Source: Thermostichus sp. DRC_bins_24 (GTDB lineage Bacteria > Cyanobacteriota > Cyanobacteriia > Thermostichales > Thermostichaceae). Taken from it: DNA of 22,166 nt. The position numbers and the translations under genes were made by a program. Location: the NCBI GenBank assembly GCA_039794845.1, contig JAUQVK010000113.1:1-22166 (forward strand), in the 5' to 3' direction. This document shows positions 1 through 8,655 of this stretch, in pieces. The stretch's first letter is position 1; each line of letters begins with the position of its first letter. The notes under the pieces were generated by a model. The model worked only from the letters and a program-made list of their open reading frames with translations. It was not told where the DNA came from and searched no databases.

Positions 1-1118
1 CGTTTGCAACGGACTTGAGAGGGGTGAGGAGGTCGCTCAATTTATCTTCTTGTCGATGAGACTGGGGATCCTAAGAAAGGAAAGTCAACAGGCTATGTGG
101 CTCGCCAATATATTGGGAGGTTGGGAAAGATTGAGAATGGGATTGTGTCTGTTTCAGTTTGGGGTGTTGTGGACAACCTTGTTTTCCCGCTAGTATTCGA
201 CCTCTACAAGCCGGAGAATCGGCAAGAAGGTAATGGAAAAGGGATTTGTAGTGGACTTGGTATGTGCAGACAGCCTTTACGGTGAGAGCAGCACTTTTCT
301 GAATGGGTTAGAAGAGATGGGGCTGGAATATATTGTCTCAATTCGCAGTAACCATGGGGTGTGGATGCTGCCTGGGGAGAGAGTAAGGCGTAGTCGATGG
401 AGACGTTTTGAGCGAATCTTTGCAGATGGGACGAAAGAGGAGAGATACATCCGGGAGCTGATTTTCGGCCACAGGATGGAGAAGAGATACTGGGAGCTGA
501 CAAAAGACCCCAAAGAGCTGCCAGAGGAAGGGACATTTTATTGAATGACCAAGAAAAGGGAGATTGATTACAGCCCTTTCGCTAGTCACATGTAACAGCT
601 ATGGAGGTTGAAACCCACCTCCTGGAGGGCTGAGGAAGCATAAACCCTGCTGTAGAAAACCCGCGCAAGGGCTGTATCAGGGGATAGGAAACCTATACGG
701 GATGAGAAGTTGGATTGAGTATGGATACAAGCAGAGTCAAGATGAGCTGGGCTGGGCTGACTACCGCCTAACCCATTATCAGGATATCGAGAAGTGGTGG
801 GAGCTGGTGTATCATGCCCTGCTGCTTGTCGGCTTTATCGGTGATGGAAACCGGAAGAATAAGACAAGATCTAGAGAAGAAGAAACTAGGGAGGAGTTCA
901 GGAACAATCCGAGGTGGGAAGAGGGAAAGAGTTGGAAGAGCCAATTGAACAACCTGCATGTGCTGATTGAGCCTTGGAACTATTTGAGCAATCTTGCGAG
1001 TTGGTTGAGAGTTTATACTATTCCTGAACTATCGATAGGTCTATCCCGACTCATCGAGAAGTTAAATTCATCCCGATGGCCTTGGATGTCTACCTCAATT
1101 CTGTTCTCCTCTGCTTAG
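1..1118 (+). pseudogene. IS701-family DDE transposase, inactivated (5' end outside window)
   Basis: Frame from base 1 reads LLVDETGDPKKGK..VARQYIGRLGKIENGIVSV, followed by LVCADSLYGES (233..544) and RSWIEYGYKQSQDELGWADYRLTHYQDIEKWWELV (702..1118), all typical of cyanobacterial IS701. Lesions: stops at 16-18, 25-27 and 542-544, a frameshift/deletion near 220-233, and a MITE at 571-674. GTGACGAAAGAGGCG (1120-1134) is the likely right end. Confidence 0.9.
571..674 (+). mobile_element. MITE copy 1, 104-bp short form, TA target duplication
   Basis: TA|CAGCCCTTTCGC...GCGCAAGGGCTG|TA. Deleting it plus one TA rejoins the IS701 frame (EIDY-QGIGNLYG-MRSW). Confidence 0.93.
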
Positions 1119-1236
1119 AGTGACGAAAGAGGCGTAATTAGCGAAAGCGCTGTACCTGGATTTCAGGCAAGAGATGGGCAAGGGATCGGTGAGCGGCAGA
1201 GCTGACCAGTCGCTGCACCTGACTTTACAGCCCTTT

Positions 1237-1260
1237 ACGCCCGGGGCACACCGGCGTGAC
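1237..1260 (+). repeat. 24-nt small dispersed insertion (family B) in MITE 2
   Basis: ACGCCCGGGGCACACCGGCGTGAC is absent from MITE copies 1 and 4 and is 22/24 identical to 6018-6041. Confidence 0.8.
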
Positions 1261-1325
1261 CGCTAGTCATATGTAATAGTCATATGTAACAACTGCGGAA
1301 GTTGAGATCCACTCTCTAGAGGGCT

Positions 1326-1352
1326 AGTGCTCCGCACCTCGCGGAGCGAGAA
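1326..1352 (+). repeat. 27-nt double-hairpin insertion (family A) in MITE 2
   Basis: A-GTGC-TCC-GCAC-CTCGC-GGA-GCGAG-AA, absent from MITE copies 1 and 4. Confidence 0.85.
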
Positions 1353-1436
1353 CAGGACGCACAATTTCTGATATAGAAAACCCGCGCAAGGGCTGTAAGC
1401 TAGATTTGTCCCGATGTTTCAGTTTGTTTCTGGCAA

Positions 1437-2822
1437 GTGAGTTCCACGTTGGAAGTAGTCCCTTCTCCCGCTTCGGTCTCGGCCCCCAAGTCGGTTGCCC
1501 TCCTGCACTTGGGCTGTGAGAAAAACCGGGTGGATACGGAGCACATGTTGGGGTTGTTGGTTACAGCAGGCTACCGAGTCGATGGGGATGAAGAGACTGC
1601 AGATTACGTCATCGTCAACACCTGCAGCTTTATCGAGGCGGCGCGGCGCGAGTCGGTGCGCACCCTGATGGAATTGGCAGTACAGGGCAAAAAGATCGTG
1701 ATCTCAGGGTGCTTGGCCCAACACTTTCAGCAGCAGCTCCTAGACGAGATCCCGGAAGCCGTAGCCTTGGTGGGCACCGGTGACTACCACCAGATTGTGC
1801 AGGTGATTGAGCGGGTGGAGCGGGGGGAACGGGTGAATGCCGTCACCGCCAGTCTCGACTACATTGCCGACGAAACCGTACCGCGCTACCGCACCACCCA
1901 TGCTCCCGTGGCCTATTTGCGGGTGGCAGAGGGTTGCGACTACCGCTGCGCTTTCTGTATCATTCCCCATCTGCGGGGCAACCAACGCTCCCGTTCCATT
2001 GAGTCGATCGTGCAGGAAGCTCAGCACCTGGCTGCCGAAGGGGTGCAGGAGTTGATCCTCATCTCACAAATCACCACCAACTACGGGTTGGATCGGTACG
2101 GAGAACCGCGACTGGCGGAGCTGATTCGCGCCTTGGGCCAAGTTGACATCCCCTGGATCCGCATGCTCTATGCCTACCCAACTGGGCTCACCCCCCCAGT
2201 CTTGGAGGCGATTCAAGAAACCCCCAATGTTTTGCCCTATCTCGATCTGCCCCTTCAGCATAGCCATCCAGAGGTGCTCAAGGCCATGAATCGTCCCTGG
2301 CAAGGGCAAGTGAACGACCGGGTGATCGAGCGCCTACGCCAAACTTTGCCCAATGCGGTGCTGCGGACCACCTTCATCGTCGGCTTTCCGGGGGAGACCG
2401 AAGCGCATTTTCAGCATCTGCTGGAGTTCGTGCAACGCCACCAATTCGACCATGTTGGGGTTTTTACCTTCTCGCCCGAAGAGGGTACCCCCGCCTACAA
2501 CCGTCCCGATCCGATCCCCGAGTCGGTGAAACAGGAGCGCCGAGCGCGTCTGATGCAGGTGCAGCAGGGCATTGCTTTCCGCCGGAACCGCGAGCAGGTG
2601 GGCCAGATCGTGCCCGTGCTTTTGGAGCAGGAAAACCCCCAAACCGGAGAGTGGATTGGCCGTTCCCCCCGCTTTGCCCCCGAGGTGGATGGGGTGGTGT
2701 ATGTGCGGGGCAGAGGTTCGCTGGGATCCCTAGTGCCTGTGCAGATTACGCGGGCTGAACCCTACGATCTGTTTGGCCAAGTGGTGGCAGCCCCGGAGGG
2801 CTTTGGTTGGAGCGGGCGGTAG
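1437..2822 (+). CDS. rimO: Ribosomal protein S12 methylthiotransferase RimO
   Basis: [22 protein letters not shown], radical-SAM motif [13 protein letters not shown] and C-terminal TRAM domain with APEVDG. Confidence 0.96.
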   Translation: MSSTLEVVPSPASVSAPKSVALLHLGCEKNRVDTEHMLGLLVTAGYRVDGDEETADYVIVNTCSFIEAARRESVRTLMELAVQGKKIVISGCLAQHFQQQLLDEIPEAVALVGTGDYHQIVQVIERVERGERVNAVTASLDYIADETVPRYRTTHAPVAYLRVAEGCDYRCAFCIIPHLRGNQRSRSIESIVQEAQHLAAEGVQELILISQITTNYGLDRYGEPRLAELIRALGQVDIPWIRMLYAYPTGLTPPVLEAIQETPNVLPYLDLPLQHSHPEVLKAMNRPWQGQVNDRVIERLRQTLPNAVLRTTFIVGFPGETEAHFQHLLEFVQRHQFDHVGVFTFSPEEGTPAYNRPDPIPESVKQERRARLMQVQQGIAFRRNREQVGQIVPVLLEQENPQTGEWIGRSPRFAPEVDGVVYVRGRGSLGSLVPVQITRAEPYDLFGQVVAAPEGFGWSGR

Positions 2823-2939
2823 AGCCTCCATTTGCGGTTGGGGGGTGGTGTAGTGGCGGGTAACTGAAGGGAGCAATTCGATAAAATGACAGAGCACACG
2901 CTGACGAGCCTTGCAGGATATCCATAACTGGACTCCATG

Positions 2940-3143
2940 AGCAGAAACGTGATTTGTAGAGGATCTGTGCCCTCTGTCTGCGGTGGGGCGCATCGTGGAC
3001 GTAAAACAAACAGCCTGCGGAGGCGTTCTGACCGGGGATGCTGGTGCTCCGTACTTGTGTAGCAAGAACGAGCAAGCTTGTGCATCTAGGCGTGAGCCAG
3101 TGAAGCAGGAATCTCACTCTGTACCCCAGAGGGAGAGCGTCAA
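2940..3143 (+). mobile_element. IS200/IS605 3' remnant: tnpB C-terminal tail plus right end / omegaRNA scaffold
   Basis: Encodes AVGRIVDVKQTACGGVLTG (TnpB-tail-like). GCCTGCGGAG...GAAGCAGGAATCTCAC...GAGAGCGTCAA matches the usual right-end layout ending in TCAA. Left boundary uncertain. Confidence 0.72.
3043..3068 (+). repeat. Family A double-hairpin insertion, 26-nt degenerate copy
   Basis: G-GTGC-TCC-GTAC-TTGT-GTA-GCAAG-AA. Removal restores the hairpin GATGC-T-CGAGC-AA-GCTTG-T-GCATC. Confidence 0.72.
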
Positions 3144-3218
3144 ACTGCAAGTGCGTTGACCTCTGCCCCAGCAGAAGGATTTGTGCAGGCACAAGCCGCT
3201 ACGTGAGAGGAACTGCAA

Positions 3219-3911
3219 ATGGCCACTCAAGACGAACTCAAGCAAGCTGCGGCTCGGGCTGCTGCCCACAAGGTGCAGTCGGGGATGGTGGTGGGCTTGG
3301 GCACGGGATCTACGGCAGCGTTTGCGGTGAGTGCCTTGGCAGAGCGGATGCGAACTGAGGGATTGAAGCTAATCGGGGTGCCTACCTCCGTTCGCACCGC
3401 AGAACAGGCTCGCTCCCTCGGGATCCCGTTGGCCACTCTGGAAGAGCAGCCCCATTTGGATATGGCCATTGACGGGGCGGATGAGATCGAGGTTGGATCC
3501 CTGAATTTGATCAAGGGTGCGGGTGGGGCTTTGCTGCGGGAAAAATTGGTGGAGGCCAGCGCTGCTGAGCTGATCATCATCGCCGATGCCTCGAAAAAAG
3601 TGACGCAACTGGGCACGCACTTCCCTCTGCCGGTGGAGGTGGTGCGGTTTGGCTGGAAAGCCACCTTTGCCCGCGTGGAGGCGATCGGATGTACCCCGGT
3701 TCTCAGATTGGATCAGGCAGGGGATCCCTACCTGACGGATGAACAGCACTACATTCTTGACTGTCAGTTTGGCCCGATGACGGATCCCGCTAGGATCGCC
3801 GATCAACTGAAGGGCACTGTTGGGGTGGTGGAGCATGGCCTGTTCATTGGCATGGCCAAAGAGGCGATCATCGCGCTGCCGGACGGGATCGAAACCCTAC
3901 GTCCTGCTTGA
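3219..3911 (+). CDS. rpiA: Ribose-5-phosphate isomerase A
   Basis: VGLGTGSTA, DGADEI, LIKGAGGALLREK and GVVEHGLF motifs, with GAGAGG RBS upstream. Confidence 0.97.
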   Translation: MATQDELKQAAARAAAHKVQSGMVVGLGTGSTAAFAVSALAERMRTEGLKLIGVPTSVRTAEQARSLGIPLATLEEQPHLDMAIDGADEIEVGSLNLIKGAGGALLREKLVEASAAELIIIADASKKVTQLGTHFPLPVEVVRFGWKATFARVEAIGCTPVLRLDQAGDPYLTDEQHYILDCQFGPMTDPARIADQLKGTVGVVEHGLFIGMAKEAIIALPDGIETLRPA

Positions 3912-3996
3912 GTGGTTTTGGCGCAACAGGCGGGCTGGACTGACCAACCGGTTCAAGACTTCCAGTTCAACACTCATATAGTTGCTCTCCCGCTTC

Positions 3997-4663
3997 ATGC
4001 TTGTTCTGGAAACCAAGCTCAGAGGTAATCCCACCCAGTTTGCAGCACTGGATGAGGCGATGACCCTCCGGGTCGTGCGGAGCACGATTAGAACGGCTCA
4101 GTTCATTCGCAACAAGTGTGTGCGCTACTGGATGGAGAACAGAGGGGTAGGGCAATACGACCTCTCCAAACTCTGTGCTGTATGGGCCAAGGAATTTGCC
4201 TGGGCCGGCAAGCTCAATTCAATGGCCAGACAGGCCGGCGCGGAACGGGCTTGGTCTGCCATCAAGCGGTTCTACGACAATTGCAAAGCCAAGAAGCCAG
4301 GAAAGCAGGGCTTTCCTAAGTTCAAGAAGAATAGCCGCTCCGTGGAATACAAAACCTCTGGGTGGAAGCTCTCTCCTGAGCGGACGCATCTCACCTTCAC
4401 CGATGGCTTCAAGGCTGGAACCTTTTTGCTGGTAGGAGCTAGGGATCTCCACTTCTACCCAATTTCGCAAATCAAGCGGGTTCGGGTGGTGCGTAAGGCG
4501 GATTATGCTCAGTTCTGTGTTGCGGTTGACCGACAAGAAACGATTCAACCAACAGGTAAGGCGGTTGGCATTGACCTGGGGTTGAAGTCTTTCTACAAGG
4601 CAGCCGATAGCACTGAGGTCGAAACTCCTAAGTTCCCGAGAAAGGCGGAACACAAACTGAGGA
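3997..4663 (+). pseudogene. tnpB: TnpB (IS200/IS605 RNA-guided nuclease), 3'-truncated
   Basis: MLVLETKL..IRTAQFIRNKCVRYWM..GFPKFKK..SVEYKTSGWKL..RuvC-I VGIDLGLK. Similarity stops after KAEHKLR, with no RuvC-II/III, Zn finger or right end. The ORF runs on into unrelated sequence to 4776. Confidence 0.9.
4062..4088 (+). repeat. Family A 27-nt double-hairpin insertion in tnpB, in frame
   Basis: G-ACCC-TCC-GGGT-CGTGC-GGA-GCACG-AT. Removal converts ALDEA-MTLRVVRST-IRTAQF into ALDEAIRTAQF. Confidence 0.87.
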
Positions 4664-4861
4664 ATAGAGGATCCCTATCCTATGCTCTGCCTACGGCACC
4701 CTTTTGCTCCCCAATGGCGGGAACCCCACAACCCGGAGGGATCCCAGCGGTAGTAGGTAACGCTGGAAAAGGCTAGATGTGCAGATTTTCAAATCGTCGG
4801 CTTCTTAGGCTTTGAATGGGGCTATTGCTGCTATCGGTTGGAAGGCCAGGGGGATCCATCC

Positions 4862-5629
4862 CTAGAAAATATCCTGGTTCAACAATTTGGTCAGGCGTTC
4901 CAGCCCTTTCTTTACCTGACGGGAAACCGTAACGGCACTGATCCCCAGTCGCTCTGCGGTTTCTTTTTGAGTGAGATCGTAGAAAAAGACAAACTCCAGA
5001 ATGGTGCGGGTACGTTGTTCCAGCTTGGCAAGGGCATTTTGCAGGCGAATGCGATCTTCTTCTGCCAGTTGAAAGCTGCGGTAGCGCTGATCGGGAACGA
5101 TATCCCCCAAGGCCACACTGTCCTCCTCGGTTTGGATCGGGGCATCGAGGCTGAGCAAGAGGCTATTTTGTTGAGCCAGCTCCATCTCCCGCCATTCCTG
5201 CTCCGTCAGCTGTAGGGCTTCTCTCACCTCCGTCTCGTAGGGAGGACGGCCCAACTCCTGCCGCAACTGGGCGATCACCTTCTTGGCCTGCCGTTGCAGC
5301 GTGGCCCAGCGGCGCGGGATCCGCATCGTCGGGCTTTTGTCCCGCAGATAGTGTTGGATCTCCCCCCGGATGTAGGGTATGGCAAAGGAGCTAAAGGCCA
5401 AACCACGGGTAATATCGAAGCGCTCGATCGCTTGAATCAGCCCCAAACACCCGATCTGCATCAGGTCGTCGTAGCCCTCTGCACATTGGTTGCGCCAGTG
5501 GTGGGCCTCTTTGCGTACCAAGCCCAGGTTCATTTCCACCAAGCGGTTGCGCAAGTGGGGATCCGGACGTTGATGGTAGAGACGCAGCAGTTCGGCGGTA
5601 CGAGTTTTGACGTCCTCGGTAGATGCCAT
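4862..5629 (-). CDS. sigF: RNA polymerase sigma factor SigF (group 3)
   Basis: LRNRLVEMNLGLVRK, YDDLMQIGCLGLIQAIERFD, FSSFAIPYIRGEIQHYLRDK, FFYDLTQKETAERLGISAVTVSR. Start chosen by typical SigF length. ATG at 5743 is an alternative. Confidence 0.9.
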   Translation of the reverse strand: MASTEDVKTRTAELLRLYHQRPDPHLRNRLVEMNLGLVRKEAHHWRNQCAEGYDDLMQIGCLGLIQAIERFDITRGLAFSSFAIPYIRGEIQHYLRDKSPTMRIPRRWATLQRQAKKVIAQLRQELGRPPYETEVREALQLTEQEWREMELAQQNSLLLSLDAPIQTEEDSVALGDIVPDQRYRSFQLAEEDRIRLQNALAKLEQRTRTILEFVFFYDLTQKETAERLGISAVTVSRQVKKGLERLTKLLNQDIF

Positions 5630-6017
5630 AGTGCCAGACGCGACTCGACGAGATCCGGAATCGCAAAGAAGAGTACAGGACAAGGGCAACGGAGTCAGGG
5701 CTATGGGTGGAGAAGAGGGAAGGTGGAGAGCATTGGTTACCATCAGGGATCCCCTTGACTCAAAAAGCAGACCAAAGCCAATATCCAAAGACCCAACAGA
5801 GGAACTTATCCAGCTGCCGGAGCCATGAAGCGAAGCGCAAAAGCTGCCAAACTCCTTAGCAAGAGCACTTCTCAAGCCAGATGTTCTTAGTTTGACCAGG
5901 TTTGGGAACCAAAGCAACGGCATCCCTACGGAAAATGCCCCGCTTGCATCAGCAAGAGAGCGTAATTTTACGCCAATATTCGACTAATTGTCCGTTTTTT
6001 TACTACTACAGCCCCTT

Positions 6018-6041
6018 ACGCCCAGGGCACACCGGCGTGCC
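6018..6041 (+). repeat. 24-nt family B insertion in MITE 3
   Basis: ACGCCCAGGGCACACCGGCGTGCC, at the same site as in MITE 2. Confidence 0.8.
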
Positions 6042-6093
6042 TGCGAGTCACGTGTAACAACTGTGGGGGTTGAGATCCACTCTCTAGAAGGAT

Positions 6094-6121
6094 AACCCTC
6101 CGGGCCCCGCGAAAGCGGGAG
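6094..6121 (+). repeat. Family A double-hairpin insertion in MITE 3 (28 nt)
   Basis: A-ACCC-TCC-GGGC-CCCGC-GAAA-GCGGG-AG, at the same site as in MITE 2 but with different stems. Confidence 0.82.
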
Positions 6122-6205
6122 TAGGAATTACAATCTCTGCTGTAGAAAACCCGCGCAAGGGCTGTAACTCGATCTTGCGCACGGTCATCCGGACATCTTC
6201 TGCCC

Positions 6206-7363
6206 TCAGGAGGCCACCGACCTGGCAGCGGGATCCCACCTTGCTAAGAAGTCTTTAAAACTCGGCTCACTGCGGATCAGGTCGAAGTAGGGCTCAGAAA
6301 ACAGCAAAGGACCGTAGTGGTCTGGTTGCAACTGCAGGGCTCGCTCCAAGGCTTGTAGGGCTTGGGGCACTTGCCCTTCCCAGGCACAGCAGCAGGCTTT
6401 GGAGTAGTGGGCTTCGGCCTCGTCAGGATCCAGCTGGAGGGCGCGATCCAAACTTTGCCTGGCCAGCTCGTGGAGGTTCAAATCCATCAGTGCCAGTCCG
6501 CGATAGACCCAAATCTGGCCCCGTTCGGGATCCCGTTCGAGGGCACGATCGTAGCTGTTCAGGGCCTCCATAGGGTTGCCGAGGCGGTGATGGGCAAGGC
6601 CGTGGCTAGCCCAGAGGGTGGCGGAGTCCGGCCCCAGTTGGAGGGCCCGTTCGTAGCTGGCCAACGCATCCGCGTAGCGTTCCAGCCGAAACAGGGCCAG
6701 CCCGCGACTTTGCCAAACCCGAGCATCGACGGGGTTGATGGCGATGGCTTTGTCGTAGCTGATCAAGGATCCCTCCCAGCGGCCCAGAGAGGCCAAGGTC
6801 AGCCCGTGCAGGTACCAAGTCTCCGGGCTGTCGGGGCTAATGGTGAGGGCACGATGGTAGGCGCGCAGGGCCTCTTCTCCCCGACCCATTTCCCGGAGAG
6901 TATTGGCTTGGTTAAAGCAGGCCTCGAAAAAATCCGGCTTCAGTTGTAGGGCACGGTCGTAACTGGCCAGGGCTTCTTGGTGGCGGCCCAGCTCGTCAAG
7001 GGCGGAGGCGCGGTTGTTCCAGGCTTGGGGAAAATCCGGTTTCAGCTCCAGGGCACGGTCGTAGTTGGCGAGTGCTTCTTGGGTTTGCCCCATTTGGTCG
7101 AGGAGGGTGCCGCGGTTGTACCAGGCAATGGGATCCAGCGGCTGCACTGCCAGAGCTCGGTCGAAGGGATCCAACTGGGCGGCCTGTTCCGGAGAGAGAG
7201 CCGTCGGTTGTGGTGGGATAACCGATTTCGCGTCGCTAGAAACAGCTCGGTTGCGGCGTCCCAATCGCCAGGCCCAGCCGCCCGCCAGAAGCAGCAGGCC
7301 CACCCCCAGCCCCAACACCCCCAGGTCTTGGGGGGCAACCCCAACCCCAAATGGCATGATCAA
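6206..7363 (-). CDS. Membrane-anchored tetratricopeptide repeat protein
   Basis: N-terminal hydrophobic helix followed by RLGRR, then eight 34-aa repeats (e.g. AWYNRG..EALANYDRALELKP). GAGGAG RBS upstream. Confidence 0.92.
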   Translation of the reverse strand: MIMPFGVGVAPQDLGVLGLGVGLLLLAGGWAWRLGRRNRAVSSDAKSVIPPQPTALSPEQAAQLDPFDRALAVQPLDPIAWYNRGTLLDQMGQTQEALANYDRALELKPDFPQAWNNRASALDELGRHQEALASYDRALQLKPDFFEACFNQANTLREMGRGEEALRAYHRALTISPDSPETWYLHGLTLASLGRWEGSLISYDKAIAINPVDARVWQSRGLALFRLERYADALASYERALQLGPDSATLWASHGLAHHRLGNPMEALNSYDRALERDPERGQIWVYRGLALMDLNLHELARQSLDRALQLDPDEAEAHYSKACCCAWEGQVPQALQALERALQLQPDHYGPLLFSEPYFDLIRSEPSFKDFLARWDPAARSVAS

Positions 7364-7373
7364 CTCCTCATCT

Positions 7374-7679
7374 TCACAACATCACCAGAAACGGCAATGG
7401 ATCGCTCGGCCCTGCTGCCGAGATCAGCTCAATGCGCTTTTCCCCCGGATAGGTGCTGGTGTCGATTTCAAAAGTCACCGTCAGCTGGTTGGGGCCGCTC
7501 TGCACCGGTTCTTTCGCTTGCCCCAGGGGATCCCCGAAGCTGACCCGGATCCCTTTACCCGCCGGACTCACCCGAATCTCTGTCACCTGATCCAGATGGG
7601 ATCCCTCCAGGGTACAGACAATAACATCCCCCACAAAAGCTTCTAGGGGCCAACCGCGTTGTACTTCTGGTCTAGGCAT
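7374..7679 (-). CDS. Small hypothetical protein, probable Ig-like (IPT/TIG-like) fold
   Basis: 101 aa with alternating beta-strand pattern (CTLEGSHL, QLTVTFEI, SDPLPFLV). Lies 10 bp upstream of the TPR gene, with an AT-rich region upstream. Confidence 0.72.
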   Translation of the reverse strand: MPRPEVQRGWPLEAFVGDVIVCTLEGSHLDQVTEIRVSPAGKGIRVSFGDPLGQAKEPVQSGPNQLTVTFEIDTSTYPGEKRIELISAAGPSDPLPFLVML

Positions 7680-7687
7680 TTCGATTT

Positions 7688-7732
7688 CACCTATTCCACC
7701 TATTCCAAGTGTTCTGATTCCAAGTGTTCTGA
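7688..7732. repeat. Two overlapping short tandem duplications
   Basis: CACCTATTC x2 (7688-7705) and ATTCCAAGTGTTCTG x2 (7702-7731). Confidence 0.85.
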
Positions 7733-7800
7733 CTCTTTATTTTTGTATTTTTGTTTATGGTTTTTTATTGGGGTATTTTACGATCCCTGTTGAATCGATT

Positions 7801-8601
7801 TCAATCCTCCAAGCCAAAGCTACCGGGATGACAGATGGCTTCCTCCCCCGTAGGGGTGGCACTGGCCCAACCCTCCGAAGAACTCGGTGGAGCAGGAGCT
7901 GGGTTTACCGCCGTACCCCGCAGCACCACCTTTTGATCTGCCCCGACACTCACCAGGCGCGGCAACTCCCCCAGGCTATCGGCCACCGCAAACAGCACCC
8001 GCTCTTGGGCCTGGGGATCCCAACCGAGCAGCTGAGTGTAGCCCAGTACCGGCGGCGGATCCCAGATTTGTACCGGCGGGATCTCTGCAGAAGAGGCAGG
8101 TAAGGGCCAGATCACGGCTCGATCCCAGCTCAAATCCGTCTGGAACCAGCCTTCGTACTCGCGGGCCAACAGGGTGTGATCTCGCCACGCCAGGGGCAGG
8201 ATCATGGCAAAATCCAGGGGCTCCCAGGGATCAAGCACAGAAGCCGAGGCCTGATAGAGCACTTGCAGTGTTCGAGTACGGGTATTCTCAGCAAACAGTA
8301 CGCTCGTCAACCTGCCCATCTGTGGGGTAGCCACCAAGTCCAGCCGTGTGTACACCTGCCATTCGGGATTTGGTGATGGCAAAGGCTCGCTGCGCAACAG
8401 ACCAACCATCGTGCATTGTCGCTGCTGGGCTTGGTCCCGCAATCCGTACACCCAGTCCCAGGGGATCGAGACGGCAGCCGCAAGATAAGTTGCAGAGGAG
8501 CGGATCCCGGCTTGTAAAGACGCGCCTGGAGCAGCCCATACCGAGCCAGCCCAGCTCGCCCAGATGGCCACGAGTACTTTAACCAGCCCATTTCGCCTCA
8601 T
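7801..8601 (-). CDS. Hypothetical exported protein
   Basis: Long ORF directly downstream of hisD. MRRNGLVKVLVAIWASWAGSVWA looks like a signal peptide. Start could be as early as GTG 8655. Confidence 0.7.
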   Translation of the reverse strand: MRRNGLVKVLVAIWASWAGSVWAAPGASLQAGIRSSATYLAAAVSIPWDWVYGLRDQAQQRQCTMVGLLRSEPLPSPNPEWQVYTRLDLVATPQMGRLTSVLFAENTRTRTLQVLYQASASVLDPWEPLDFAMILPLAWRDHTLLAREYEGWFQTDLSWDRAVIWPLPASSAEIPPVQIWDPPPVLGYTQLLGWDPQAQERVLFAVADSLGELPRLVSVGADQKVVLRGTAVNPAPAPPSSSEGWASATPTGEEAICHPGSFGLED

Positions 8602-8655
8602 CTGATCCGCCATCCACCTCACCTGCTTGTGTTCGACAACGGCTACAAGGCTCAC

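Larger units (their letters stand above)
1228..1395 (+). mobile_element. MITE copy 2, 168-bp long form
   Basis: Same termini and TA flanks. 104-bp core + 24-nt insert (1237-1260) + 13-nt tandem duplication (1264-1289) + 27-nt insert (1326-1352) = 168. Confidence 0.93.
6009..6164 (+). mobile_element. MITE copy 3, 156-bp long form
   Basis: TA|CAGCCCCTT...GCGCAAGGGCTG|TA. 104-bp core + 24-nt insert (6018-6041) + 28-nt insert (6094-6121). Confidence 0.93.

Noticed and set aside
2730..3192. Three overlapping minus-strand ORFs between rimO and rpiA
   Set aside because: They have no recognisable motifs and the region is explained by the plus-strand IS remnant.
3219..3911. rpiA as cargo of a composite TnpB transposon
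   Set aside because: The order is right end - rpiA - tnpB 5' part, so rpiA lies outside both elements, and nothing shows that the two remnants belong to the same element.
4057..4088. CGAT as a 4-bp target duplication of the 27-mer
   Set aside because: The other four family A sites show no equivalent duplication, so it is likely chance overlap with the element's 3' end.
5744..5923. Long N-terminal extension of SigF
   Set aside because: Ser/Leu-rich and not sigma-like. Downstream ATGs give a normal length.
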